Shown: positions 1-12,933 of the stretch, one piece after another | Position numbering within the stretch: position 1 is the first letter of the stretch | How the letters are laid out: each line of letters starts with the position of its first letter | NCBI GenBank assembly: GCA_010909165.1 | Contig: MU008178.1 | Span: forward strand, 136,369 to 200,368 | DNA: 64,000 nt | DNA from: Anthoceros angustus | Lineage: Eukaryota; Plantae; Anthocerotophyta | Direction: 5' to 3' | The notes under the pieces: generated by a model | The model's input: the letters and a program-made list of their open reading frames with translations, nothing else | What the model was told of the DNA's origin: nothing | Databases searched by the model: none | Program-made: the position numbers and the translations under genes

Positions 1-629
1 ACGACAGCTCATCCCCCTGCTTCGCCTCCACCGTTGCCCTCATCCGCCTGCTCACCGCCCCGCTCTTCCCCGCACTGCATCAACACGTCCCCGCTCCACG
101 AGCTCCGCCATCCCAACTCCCGCCGAGACGTCTCCAGCTCCCCGCTGCTCCTGCTCCAGACCGCATCCGCCATCCCGCCATCGCTGATGCTGCATTGTTG
201 CTGTAAGAACAGGACGCGGCTGCAGCCGAGGAGGCCGCTCCTTCAGCTCCGCGTAGTGCTCCTCCGCCAGATCCTGCGGAGTCTGGAACAGCTTCAGCCC
301 CCTGAGCTTGAAGCCCTTCCTCTCGAACCTGCTGATGATCTCACCTACCAGCCCCCGCTGAACCCCGTCCGGCTTCACCATCACATACGACAGCTCATCC
401 CCCTGCTTCGCCTCCACCGTTGCCCTCATCCGCCTGCTCACCGCCCCGCTCTTCCCCCCGCACTGCATCAACACGTCCCCGCTCCACGAGCTCCCGCTCC
501 ATCCCAACTCCCGCCGAGACGTCTCCAGCTCCCCGCTGCTCCTGCTCCCGGACCGCATCCGCCATCCCGCCATCGCTGATGCTGCATTGTTGCTGTAAGA
601 ACAGGACGCGGCTGCAGCCGAGGAGGCCG
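1..629. repeat. Direct tandem duplication of a ~390-bp unit inside NDPK exon 1 (1-238 matches 387-629)
   Basis: The text from acgacagctcatcc to gaggaggccg occurs at both 1 and 387. The left copy has several 1-3 nt deletions. The junction uses GCGGCC microhomology. Confidence 0.9.
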
Positions 630-696
630 CCTCCGTGGCCCGCACAGGAGCCACCGTCGCCAGGGTCATGACAGCCGCCATCGCCATGCCTGCCAT
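239..696 (-). CDS. NDPK2: Nucleoside diphosphate kinase, plastid type: transit peptide plus N-terminal half of the NDK domain. The gene continues off the left edge, and 1-238 is a duplicated copy of part of this exon.
   Basis: ORF 52..696 encodes an Ala/Ser-rich transit-like N-terminus, then [55 protein letters not shown], the NDK signature region; FQxPxxLAEEHY resembles plastid NDPK2. Homology breaks at ~238, where the sequence re-enters a repeat of 387-629. Confidence 0.88.
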
Positions 697-861
697 TTCC
701 TTCTCCTCCCGCTTCTAGGATTGAGATCCTAGGAAGCTCTTCGGTTGAGGGGGAGAGCGGGAGGTAGTTGAACGGGAATATACGCAAATTAATTGGAGAA
801 TGATAATATAGTCAAATCTCTAACAGACCAGCCTCTCTTAGCTGATCGTTGGAGCCCGGGG
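697..861. promoter_or_regulatory. Putative bidirectional promoter between head-to-head NDPK2 and DDX11
   Basis: Only 165 bp separate the two predicted divergent start codons. Function is inferred from geometry only. Confidence 0.5.
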
Positions 862-3800
862 ATGGTGGATTCGCAGAGCCCGGCTCCGGGCCCGGATGCT
901 GCATTGGTCCAATTTCCTGCCTTCCCGTTCAAGCCGTATCCGATTCAGGTGGAATTTATGAGCGCTGTGTACCGGGCCATCCAGCAAGGTGGAGTTGCCA
1001 TAGTGGAGAGTCCGACTGGTGAGATGGGCAGCAAGGAGCTGTAGCACCCTATGCCTCTTGTTTATTGTGGGGGCTCACTGCAGTGGTTTCAATTTTTTCC
1101 CTCCTGTTGCAAACGTGATTTTGGGGGATTGTGATTCTTGTAGGGACTGGAAAGACTCTCAGCCTCATCTGTAGTGCATTGCAATGGCTGGAAGACCAGC
1201 AGCATTGTTTGAGCAGCTCGACTGCTGTGACCGGTTCAGAGAAGGCGTCCAGTGGTGACAGGCCCGATGAGCCGCAGTGGTTGAGGGACTTCAGCCGCAG
1301 CGAGAGTGAGGAAGTGAAGCCTGCCAAGAAGCAGCTGGCCAGGGTCAGGAAGAAGCCTGCCGTCGTGCGGTCGTTTCTGGAAGGGGGAGATGGGGAGGGA
1401 GAGGGTGAAGAAGCGGGTGTTGGGTCCAGACGGCCGGGAGCTGCCGCTGCTGGTGCTGGTGCCCTTGAGGATGATGATGGGTGCTTCTTGTTGGATGACT
1501 ACCAGAGTGAAGATGAACAGTGTGGAGGGAAGCGGAAAGCGTATGCGGCGGGCTGCTCTAGCAGCAGCGATGGGGAGGATGAAGTGCATTTGGAGAAGGA
1601 CGAGGAGAAAGGGCTGAAGGTGTTTTTTTGCAGTCGTACTCACTCGCAGCTGTCGCAGTTCATCGGTGAATTGCAGCGAACACACTTCTCTTCGTCCTTG
1701 CAAGTGGTGTCGTTGGGCTCTCGGAAGACACTTTGTATCAATCCTGGTGAGTAACCGCTGCACTCTCCTTGAGAATGACGTGCAGAGAACTCGTGGCAAA
1801 GGTTTTAGTCTGTCTGTGCATGTATTGCTCTGCAGATGTTACAAAGCTAGGAAGCGCTGCCAGAATGAATGAGCGATGTCTGGAGTTGCTCAAAAACAAG
1901 ACCAGTGGTAAGGTGACACAACGGAGAGAGTGGGTCTCAGGCTCGTGCTACTGCATCACAATGCTCGTTCATGTTACTTATCAGCTCGTGCTTGTGTCCT
2001 CTGTTTGATGCTGGTAACTAAGGACGCCCGCAAGAAACGTAACGAGTCCAAGGGTGGAGGGTGTGCTTTTCTGCGGAAGCAGAAGCTGCAAGCCAAATTT
2101 AAAGAGGAACTCACGGGGTCTGCTGCAATGGATATAGAAGACTTGGTGCAGTTGGGGACAAAACTTGGCACTTGTCCATACTATGGTTCTCGGCTGGGTC
2201 TGCCTTCTGCGGACCTTGTGGTGCTGCCATATCAGTCCTTGCTCCACGCTTCTACCAGGGAATCTCTGGGGCTCAAAATGAGCAATTCTGTCGTGATAAT
2301 TGATGAGGCTCATAATCTGGTGGATGCTGTCTCTGATATTCACAGTTGCCAGCTCTCTCTCCGGCAGGTGGGGGAACTTACCCACCTTGCCAGTTCCTGA
2401 TTCACTGCCCAGCTTATGGATTGTTCCTCGTTACATTCTGACAGTTGCACCTCTATGTGGCAGCTGAAGCAAGTGCATTCCCAGCTGTCTGAGTACTTGG
2501 GAAGATTCCGAAGCCGGCTGGCTGCTGGGAATCGCCGTTATATTGAGACCATTCTGATACTGGTAAGAGCCTTCTTGCACCGAATCTCATCCAACTCCTC
2601 CTCGCAAGAGAGCATCATCGCAGATGAAAAGCACAGTGGCAAAGCACGTACTGATGCGAGCCCAGAGGTTATGTCCATCAATGATTTCCTTTTCTCCCTC
2701 TCCATTGACAACATCAATATCTTCAAGCTGCGGCGCTACATCAAAGAAAGCAACATTGTTCACAAGGTGGGATCTCTCACGTGGTGGGCAAGTAAACATC
2801 CAGATATTCTGTTCCTCTTTACTACCCAAAGGCACCAGGGATATCTGAGAGTTCTGTTGAGCAGCAACAGCAGTCCTAACACTCGCTCGGTTCTTCCAGG
2901 TCAGTAGCTACGGTGAGAGGATTATGCTTCAGCAACACGCCTCCTCTATCGATGGCAGAAGGACCTTCCCAGACCATGCAGTTAGTGGCATGACTGCATT
3001 CCATACTTTTGCAGAGTTCATCCTTGCTCTTACAAATGCAGATAGTGATGGGCGCGTACTGGTCAAGTCAGCTGGTGGCACAAGTGCACATTCAGATGAT
3101 CCTGGTGGGTCCATCAAGTTCATGATGCTCAACGTGGGCAAGCACTTTGCTGAGGTGCAAATGTGCTCTACTTGTGTCCCATCTGTTACTCCTGTAATTG
3201 AAAATCTGGCCTGCTTATGTCAGATGATTCGTTGTTTTCTTCACAACAACTTAAACTATTGATGGGCAGAGAATGTTCCCAGGTTCTGGAGCAGGCAAGG
3301 GCTGTTGTACTTGCTGGAGGAACTTTGCAGCCTGTTGCTGAACTGAGGGCCCGGTTGTTTCCCAATCTGTCAGACAACAAGGTACATATGTTCTCCTGTG
3401 GTCACATCGTGCCACCTGAGAGTATCCTCCCAATTGCAATAGCCCGAGGACCGGGGGGAAAATCCTTCGATTTCACTTATCAATCGCGGGGTTCTCACAC
3501 TATGGTAAGGGATTGACCGCACATGTCATGCCTTGCTTCTGTATTGATGATGCACAGGAGATCCGTGGCGTGGTTTGCAAGCCAATTTCCTGACTAACCC
3601 CTTCCCTTGGCCTTGGCTCAGATTGAGGAACTGGGAAGGCTCATGTCCAATATTTGTGCCGTGGTTCCAGAGGGAGTCGTCGTCTTCTTTCCATCTTTTG
3701 AGTATGAAAACCAAGTGTTCTCATCCTGGAGGAATACTGGGGTTCTGAATACCTTGGAGAAAAAGAAGACGATTTTTAGAGAGCCTAGGAACACGGTAGA

Positions 3801-4419
3801 TGTTGAGGCGACTTTAATCAGGTACAAGGAGAGCATCACAGCAGCCTCTGCGGTAGGACCCAGCATGAAACGAGGCGCTGTATTACTGTGCGTTGTCGGA
3901 GGCAAGATGTCAGAAGGCATCAACTTCAGTGACGGCATGGGTAGGTGTGTGGTGATGGTTGGGCTACCATACCCGAGCCCAGGGGACCCTGAACTCATGG
4001 AGCGAATGAAATACCTTGACCAAATGCCTGACAAGGACGACCAGAAACACAGCACGCAGAGGAGTAAGGAGTACTACGAGAACCTGTGCATGAAGGCTGT
4101 GAACCAGTCTATAGGTAAGACGACATGCTTAGTGTCCCCTTCAATTTTCCCTTAGCATTCTGTTGCAGGAACATAACAGAATCTTGGGCGTCTTGCAGGA
4201 AGGGCCATCAGGCATGTCGGAGATTATGCTGCGATCCTTCTGGTTGATGCCAGATACACAACGGGAGGCCAATCTGCTCCAACTTCGAAGCTGCCTGGCT
4301 GGATCAGAGAACGACTGGTGACCGTGACTGGGAGTTACGGAGATGTCCACAAGTTGCTCCACCACTTCTTCCAGTCCAACCGGGACCGAGATTGTGTGGT
4401 CCCGCTCGCATGTGGTTGA
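862..4419 (+). CDS. DDX11: DDX11/ChlR1 (CHL1) Fe-S DEAH DNA helicase, multi-exon
   Basis: FPFKPYPIQ Q-motif. Walker A ESPTG|TGKT is split by intron 1019-1143. Also present: CSRTHSQLSQF, Fe-S cysteines (KTLCINP, NERCLEL, GGCAF, TCPYY), IIDEAHNL, LAGGTLQP, VVFFPSF, GKMSEGINF and NQSI|GRAIRH. ATG at 862, TGA at 4417-4419. Confidence 0.95.
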
Positions 4420-5071
4420 TTCAAATTCAAATGCTGCCAGCCACGTAAATCAATTCCAACATCCTAATCTAGGTCCTTTTCGGAAGTGGAAGCTTGGTTA
4501 GTCTGGATCTCTGGGATCCTGTCTACCGCGGTTCGAGTCGCAATTCCATCCGCTCGGCGAGTGTTTTCTGTGTACACATTCAAATGTACGCATTATGTAC
4601 TTCCTGTCGTTTGCGCGTGTCGGTGTGTATATGGACGGGTCCGTGATACGGTAGCTGGGAGGCCATGAGGGGTGGGTGAAGCTAGTGTGAAACAATGACA
4701 GCCTGGAAGGCGTGAGGTTCTAGTTTGGTTGGGGGACGTAATCAGGCGACGACATGAGGCCAAGCAGACAAGACACGGCACCCGGCAAAGTTGGTCCGGG
4801 AAAGACGCAAGGGAAGTGCGGCCTCGATTCTCCCACCGTGGTCGGTGTCGAGGCCGGAGAAACCCAGCCAAGAGCCAAGAAGGGCGAGGCAAGCTCATGA
4901 CCCAAAGAGTTTTTAATTCGTGCAAAGCTCACGACTCAAGAGTTGAGTCGAGACGAAACGAGTTTGAGTCGCGATTCGATCGGAGTCGAGTCGCATACCT
5001 ACCCTGTCCTCAAAGTGTGAAGTCAAGCAGCGCTTTGTTTCTGTCCCGTTGTTAGAGCGACTGAGAAAGCC

Positions 5072-8000
5072 ATGGCCGCGCAGCTGCGAGAGCTCCCGCA
5101 ATTGAAGCCCCTGGACCAGATGAGCACCGCGGAGGACAGCTCCGCCGACTACATGCACGTTGTGGTGAGAGGTAAAGCATCCTGTTTTCCTGCCTTCCCC
5201 GCTTCCTTGTTTCGATCACAGTCAAATGGGGGAATTAGAATCCCGCCAAATGTTCTTGCAAGCAAGCAAGCTTGTGGAATTGATTGCCTTCGTCTGCTCA
5301 TTGCCGCAGCGCCGCGTCTGGCCGGGCTGGCACTCCGATTTTTCTGCTGGCTCCTGGAGACGAGGATTACGGGTTCCGTCTTGAAGCCTAAATTGAAGAG
5401 GGACAACCTCATTACCAAGGTACACCCGTGCTTTCAATTGCTCTGCTGTTCCGGACACGCGCATTGGCAAGATTGCGGGAAATAAACGCGCTGCAAATTG
5501 TGATGAAATCAGGTCCTCCAGGATTCGCGATACCAGGAGCCTCCCATGTACCTGCCGCAGTTTCCATCAGGTTTGAACACCGGCCTCCTCTTGCTTGAAA
5601 TTCCTCGGTGTGAATCGTCTCGGTCCAGGATTTACCTTGGACTGAATTGCATTGCAATGTATCGTATCGTATTGCATTGCATTGCATTGTACTGTATTGT
5701 AGCCGACCACGTCTTGGCCAGACTCTGACAACTTTGTCGCTTGCTGGTGCAGACGCCGACCAGCATAGTGAGCCTGCCATGTTCCGAGTGGATCCTGCCT
5801 TGCTGCCTCCGGCCCGACTCGCCTTAGCTCAGCAGGCGCTTGCGGACTCGGCTGCGGCACCAGCGGAGAACTCATTTCGGTATTGGTCTATCCGAGACTA
5901 TGCACAGGCTTATGCTGCTGGGACAGTTACACCCACTCAGGTGCATTTTGATTTTAACAGGATTGTGTCTCGATGAGTTTTGGATGCGCTTGTGTGTCAA
6001 CCGTGCAAAGTAAAAACCGGCTGTGTAGGTGGCCAAACGATTTCTTGCAGCTGTGGAGGAATCCATTCAGTGCTCTCCAAGCATGTGCATCTTCATCGAC
6101 TGCCAAGCTGAGGACATTCTGCGACAGGCAGAAAAATCGACAACCCGTTATGAGAAAGGTAGTTCAATCCTGATTCGGTTCCACCTGGAAAGTGTCGTGT
6201 CAAAAATTGAAAACCACCATGAGGCTCTGCCTGCAAGCGCTGTGATAAAAACGGAGAACCCAGATGGTCCTGAAGGAATTGCTTCTTGCTCTATTGAAAG
6301 GTCATGGAGTTGACAACGTACCGTCGGCAGGTAATGGTGTCATTCATGATGATATCATGTGTCCCTGGCTTGGTAGCCCTCAAGAGTTGTATGTGTGGAC
6401 CAAGGTGGGTGATGTTTCTGTACCACCTGAGCTTCTGAAATATCATCAGCATGGAATGGCTGTCTCATTCCCGAGTCAAGAGATGATAGCACTTCTCTGC
6501 TGTGTACGAATTCCTGAATTCTCTTCGTGCCACAGCCAGAATAGTTGAAGTTTGTCGTTAAGCCTCAAACCGAACTGCCAGTAAGACCGTCCAAAGTGTT
6601 CACACGTCTATCTCTAATGCTACGCTCTCCCTCAGGGGAGCCGCTGTCTATCTTGGATGGAGTTCCCATTGCAGTGAAGGATGAAATTGATTGCCTCCCC
6701 TATGCCACGACTGGTACGTTCTTGAAGCCAATGCGTCGAGTTGTGGCGCTCACTCAGCAGAATTTGAGCTACATACTAATTTTGGCTCTTCTATCAGGAG
6801 GTACCAAGTGGTTGCACAAGACTCGTGTCGTGACAGATGATGCTATTTGCATCAAGCGATTGCGTCAGTGTGGAGCAGTATTAGTCGGCAAAACCAACAT
6901 GCACGAACTGGGAATGGGAACCACGGGTATCAATCCACACTATGGGTATGAAACGTGTTGGACTGCCCTGCTGCTAACTTGCTTATAGCTTGAACAGTGA
7001 ATAGTGGGGCGCTTTTCCATTATTAACTGTGAAACAGCTGCATAGGTCATGAGGAAGGTTGGTTAGAGGCATACTGTCATCCAGCAGTTGTCACTAACCT
7101 CTGTACCTTGATGGCAGTGCTCCACGTAATCCATATGATCTGAAAAAAATCTCTGGAGGATCATCTGGGGGCTCTGCTGTAGCCGTAGCTGCTGGGCTTT
7201 GTCCTGCAGCTCTTGGCGTTGATGGTGGAGGTATGCCTAGCATTTGAATAAGCCACTGCGTGCCAAAATATTTAGCAGCTGCTTTATATATATTTATGTT
7301 TCGTTTCTATCTTGCAGGATCTGTGCGCATGCCTGCTGGACTTTGCGGGGTTGTAGGATTAAAGGCGACTTTTGGGCGGACATCAAACTGCGGGTGAGTA
7401 CTTTTCCTGCTGGATGTGATCATTTGCTCCGACAGTGGGCTCTGAATTTGGCAGAGTATTGCGTGGTTCATGGACTCTGTCTTTTGCAGAGTTTTGCCAT
7501 TGAACTGGACGGTTGGGATGGTAGGGACTTTGACAGCTACAGTTGAAGATGCACTTCTTATGTAAGAGTCCATGTTTCATTCTCGATGATGCACTGCTGG
7601 AGCTAGAGTTTTTGTCTTATGGATCTCATGCTGACATTTGCAGGTATGCAGCACTACATGGACACATTGCACGTGATCGCATTGTCTCTATACCAGTATG
7701 CTCTGCTTCTCCGGTTGCCCCTCTTCCTGGTGGCAGAACAGGCTGCAATGTTGGTATGTATACCTCAGTTTGGTTTCCAGTTCTGATTAGCTTACACCTG
7801 TTCCTTGGAATGCAGCCGCCTGCATACCTGCCGTTTCTAAAGGATACAGAAGCAGCAGAGATAAAAGCTCTTGTCGGTGAATTGAAAATTGCTAAATACA
7901 CTGAGGTATGATGCATCGGTGGACGCTGTTTTATGAAGCAAGAAAGAGCCGACAGGCAAGTCTTGAATTTTCCTTGCCGTTCTAACCTGAGTGCTGATAT

Positions 8001-9340
8001 GTGAATGCAATTACTATACCCACAGTGGTTCGATGACTCAGATGATGGGGTCAAACATGCGTGCTACAGAGCCTTGGAGCTTCTGGAGGAAGCCTATGGT
8101 TGCAAAGTAAGTACCACAGTCAGGACCTGGTGGAGATGAAGTTTCGGCTTCGTCACATATTGAACGTTTGTGGCACCTCGTATCCAGGTAGTGCAAGGAT
8201 GCCCATGTTGCTAGCAGCTGATGATAATTGGCGCTCCGCAGATCTTGGAGGTGACTGTGCCCGAGCTGGAAGAGATGAGACTTGCTCATTTCGTCACCAT
8301 CGGCAGTGAATGCTCCACCTCAATCGGTATCGAATATGAACACTAGTACGTTATCAATCGTTCATGGTTTGCAATGTTTTACAAGAAGGGTCGATCATGG
8401 CATTGGTTTTCTCACCTGACAGACGCATTGTTTTGAAATAGCGGGAAAGCATTCTCAGGAGCAGATGTGCGGGTCGGCTTTTCCATCTATGAAGCATTTA
8501 CCAGCCGCGAGTTGATTGCATCACAGAGAATGAGGTGAGAGTGTATGCAGAATTTTGTTTCATTTCGCTCGCGGGATGTGCTGTTCACACCTTGTCCGAT
8601 TTGTCGATAACCAGTGTGTCAAGAGTAACGCTTTGAGACTGCTTGTTCAGGTTTCGGCAAATGCATTACCATTCGGAAATCTTTAAGAAAGCCCATGTCC
8701 TCGTCACGCCGACTACAGGGTACGCAGTTGTAAATTTGTACGAATACATTGTATGCACTATGCGGAGCGCTCACAGCCTTTTGTCTCCTCAGAGCAACAG
8801 CGCCAGTACTTGCGTCCGATGCATTGAAGTGTGGAGAACTCAATTACATAACGGGAGGTATGATGTAGCTTGGTGCTAAGAACCGCGCGACAGCCCGTGG
8901 CTTTTGTTTGGCAATGTATTACAGCTAGTGTTAAAATGTGCACACAGCCAAGCTGATGCGGTTTCAAATAGCCGGGAACTTTTTGGGCTTGCCTGCTATT
9001 TCGATCCCGGTAAGTGGGCAGAGACATACTTGGATTCGATTGGCTCTGTGAATAAGTGCTCTATCAGTTACAGGTTTCAAGAGCAAGTGGTGTCTGTTGT
9101 AAATGTAGGTGGGCTACGATGCATCGGGCATGCCAGTGGGGCTTCAACTGATTGGGCGCCCTTGGTCAGAGGCAACTCTTCTGCGGCTTGGCGCTGCGAT
9201 CGAGGTAATTGTCATATCCCCAGGACTTTTTCTGAATGAACGAATCTGGCAAGTAGGCTCACAGGAGACTTCTGGTTTTGCAGGCACTGTGCACACCTTT
9301 CAGAAGGCAACCAGAAGTGTTTTACGATTTACTACCCTGA
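5072..9340 (+). CDS. FAAH: Fatty acid amide hydrolase (amidase signature family, PF01425), multi-exon
   Basis: [17 protein letters not shown] (catalytic Lys), [72 protein letters not shown]. The C-terminus PEVFYDLLP* ends with TGA at 9338-9340. Confidence 0.95.
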
Positions 9341-9496
9341 ACACATGTCGCTGAGGGTAGGTCAATTTCTCAAGTTGGTGCTATCATACAGAAGTGTGCA
9401 TATGGACACTAGGTTTTCATGTGGTAGTACTCTTTTATTCGCAGGGCCTCCACTCGACGAGGGTGTGCAGAAGCCACAATAAAGATGTAGGTAGCC

Positions 9497-10899
9497 TTAC
9501 GTGCTGCTAGCAGCCCGATGGAATGCTTGAATGAAAGTGTTGGGGCTCTGGGCACCAGACAGTTGATAACGACTGTTTATCTGCACCCAAGGCAACGAAT
9601 GTCCCCAAACTAGTGAGTTCTCCATTCACCACAGGTGTAGACAGATCAGCTGAGAAGGAACCGAAGCATAAAGGCAAGGCAAACCCACCAAGAAATGAGG
9701 CACGCCTGTTACGCCTCGTGCAAACTTCTGCAATTCCTGGTTAACCTGAAGAATTTGGATGTTACCGACATATTGCAAAAGCAGTCTACCATCTTGCATG
9801 GAGGTCGGAACCTCCTACTAGGAACTACATACCTCTGACAAGCCCGCCGTGGGATTGTCCAAAAACTCCTTCGCATTCTCCACCCCAACCTTTTGGGCGG
9901 CATCCAATAGCACTTGTCTGAAGAGATCGATGAGCAACAGCAACAGCACGCTTGGAGTAAATCACAGAACAAGAATTGTAATAGGTACATGCGTCATGGC
10001 TATCAAAATATAGCAGTCCGGCATGGATGTGCATCCGTATGTAAACCTGTACACTGCCGGATGCTCAAGCGATGTATGTACATCTGCACATGCAGTAGAA
10101 AGAGAGGGATGATGAGTCCCCTACCTGTCACCGATGTACTTCTCCTGGCTGTGATAGTTGGCAAAAAGCTCAGCCACGAGTGCGTTCTGCTTTTCCCAGC
10201 CCTGCCGGCCCGCCAAGTGAATCAATCTGTGGCTGTCTAGAGTGTTGCCCCTGAACATGCATTACCCGGAAGCTCAATCAACCAGCAATCAATCAGCTCA
10301 AGAGAGCGCAGCAGACAGAATGACAAGTCCAAACGTCGAGGGCTTTTCTTACGTCAATCCTCCCAAGCTGTAGGTGAGCCCCAAATCAGCAAACACCTGC
10401 AGGCTTTGTGCATTCCGAATGAAATGATAAGAGTAAAGGGAGAGCATCAGAGTTGCAATTGCAACGGTGGTTTCAAGCCAACGAAAAGGAGAAGAAGCAC
10501 CAGATACCATATGCTGCCCTACGCTATGCATGCCCCATGAGTGTCAGCCCACCTTGGACATGCGCTCAAACATGGGGCCAGTACGATCCGGCCCGAACTT
10601 GCGCTCGTAATGCTCACGCTTTTCCACCCCTTGCTTGGGTGCGTCCGGGTTCAACATAAAAGGATGCCACCACACCTGCGCTACCAAATGCAAAATTGCA
10701 AACACAGAATTCATACATATCAGAAACATGCGGAGTTGCAGCATGCCTACATCCCACCAGGATCGACCGAGCTCACTTGGAAGTCATAGTAATCGCTGGT
10801 AGCAGCCATGGCTTTCTCCAGATTCTCCTTCCCAACGTAGCACCATGGACAAACCACATCCGAGGTGACATCCACTCGAATCGGCGTCTTGGCGGCCAT
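9497..10899 (-). CDS. DsbA-like/FrnE-type thioredoxin-fold protein, copy 1 (PF01323 family), multi-exon
   Basis: MAAKTPIRVDVTSDVVCPWCYVGK, WHPFMLNPDAP, DSHRLIHLAG, EKYIGDR, GVTGVPHF, YQLSGAQ. ATG at 10899, TAA at 9497-9499. Confidence 0.9.
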
Positions 10900-11478
10900 G
10901 GCATGCACACACCGGCACCGGGACCGCCACGCCTGTACTACTACCGAGAGGGAGCTCGATAACATCCGATTCTCGCACTGCCGTCTAATAGACCTGCCAC
11001 ACTTCGAGCCTGGACATGGCGGATCAAACGTGTCCTGTTCTGTCGAGCTTAACACGGAGACTTTGCTAACATGGGTCTTTCACAGCTCACTGGCTCACAG
11101 GGTACTAGGAAGTAAATACGGCACTTTAGCCCATTACATGGCATGCATATCATATCAGAGGAACATGCAAGGACGGGATCATAGTGTATTCCAATACACC
11201 CTCGCTTGTCTTTGAATTATGAAGATGAATTATCCATCATACATATCTCCACAACACTGGAGCAAATGCTTTGGTACAAACACATTAATCACTACAAAGA
11301 CCGGCATTCACCAAGCCTGTTACACTGCACAATGTACATGTGCCCACCTCCGCTGCACATCACCCAAGCCTTTCCAACCCTGCCGCTTTCTTTTATCTGG
11401 AAGCATTGCGGTTGAGAAAAACCATGAGCGAGGGCGTCAGTCCTGAATTTCCTGACGAGCAATTTACACACAGTAATC

Positions 11479-12933
11479 TTACCTCACATAAAAGCTGGGA
11501 ACGGCTTTCCTGGTAGCAGCCTGATGGAAGCTTTGGATCAGATTGTCTGAGGCGGCGGCGCCAGGTAAGCGGAGCCACCCATTTATCTGCAATGGTTGTC
11601 ATACACATGGACGAACACAGTTGAGGTGCCGCTGTGAACAAAACAACTCACTGAAGCCAGGATGCGAGCAGAGTCTGCCCACCCACCAAGAAGTATGGCA
11701 CGCCTCTAAAGCTTAGGGCTTTCGATTCTAGCTTCTTAATTTCCTCACGGACCTGCCAACAACGAAGGGGAGTAGGTAATGAAGGCTAAAACAGATTGAC
11801 ATCCAAGCAGGCAGGAAGGCAGGCAAATCAGGAAGTCGTACTGGGAATAATGAATAACAACAATCAGATGCTCGATTTCACACTCCAAAATTTTGGAAAA
11901 GTCAAACTACCTCTTGCGAGCCTGCCGTGGGATCGGCCAAAAACTCCTCAGCATTCTCCACCCCCACTTTCTGAGCAGCCTCGAGGAGAACTTGCCTATC
12001 ATCACGAACCGCAAGAGATTCAATACATGCGAGCCAAACGCATTTAGTACCTACATAATATACTCCAGTACAGAGTACGTAGAGTAGGTAATGGCTGCAC
12101 AGTAGACAGTACAGCCACCAGGTACATACATACGCAGCCATGTTACACCAACCTGTCACCGATGTACTTCTCCTGGGTGTGATAATTAGCAAAAAGCTCC
12201 TCCACAAGTGCACTCTGCAGTGCCAAGCTCTGCCGTCCAGCCAGATGAATCAGTCTGTGGCTGTCCAGGCTGCTGCCCCTGCATCACCATCACCAGAGCA
12301 GCAGCTGCAAGTGAGTAAGCCAGCCAAGTCCAGGCTCCATACATGCTCGGTTGCACAGCACACGATACCAAAATCCTGCTACCATCTGCAGCGTTCCTGT
12401 GAACTTACGTCAATCCTCCGACGCTGTAGGTCAACCCCAGCTCAGCGTACACCTGCACAAGCATGCAGGCAAACCCTGATTGGCGTTAGCGAATCAGGAT
12501 GCAAACAAGTCATTGCAACTACATAACTGGTGTTGGTACCAAGGACTACAACCAGGACCAGGACCAGGACCGGACCTTGGACATCTCTTCAGCCATCTGC
12601 TCGCTACGATCTCCAAACTTATTAGCGTAAAAATCCCGCTTGCTGATACCCTGTTCGGATGCACGGGGCTCCAACAAGAAAGGATGCCATGTCACCTGCA
12701 CATGGGAAAGTGATGGCAATCTTAGCTTCAGGAGTGACTGTCTTGTCCCATAGCTAATTGTCGCTAACTGGCATGCTCCGGCATGGCCAAATGCAGGGAA
12801 GGAAGCTCACTTGGAAGTCATAGAGATCCTTGGTGGCATCAATTGCTCTGTCCAGATGCTTCTTCCCTACGTAGCACCATGGACACACGGTATCCACGGC
12901 GACATCAACCCGAATGAGAGGCTTAGTCGCCAT
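11479..12933 (-). CDS. DsbA-like/FrnE-type thioredoxin-fold protein, copy 2 (tandem paralogue), multi-exon
   Basis: MATKPLIRVDVAVDTVCPWCYVGK, WHPFLLEP, SLDSHRLIHLAG, EKYIGDR, FRGVPYF. Intron positions appear to match copy 1. ATG at 12933, TAA at 11479-11481. Confidence 0.88.

Noticed and set aside
34-4055. Long opposite-strand or alternate-frame ORFs (34..579, 1236..1799, 1981..2385, 3618..4055)
   Set aside because: These are shadow ORFs of GC-rich NDPK2 and DDX11 exons with no recognisable motifs.
5647-5700. ATTGC/ATCGT pentamer run in FAAH intron 1
   Set aside because: It is an ordinary degenerate microsatellite with no evidence of function.
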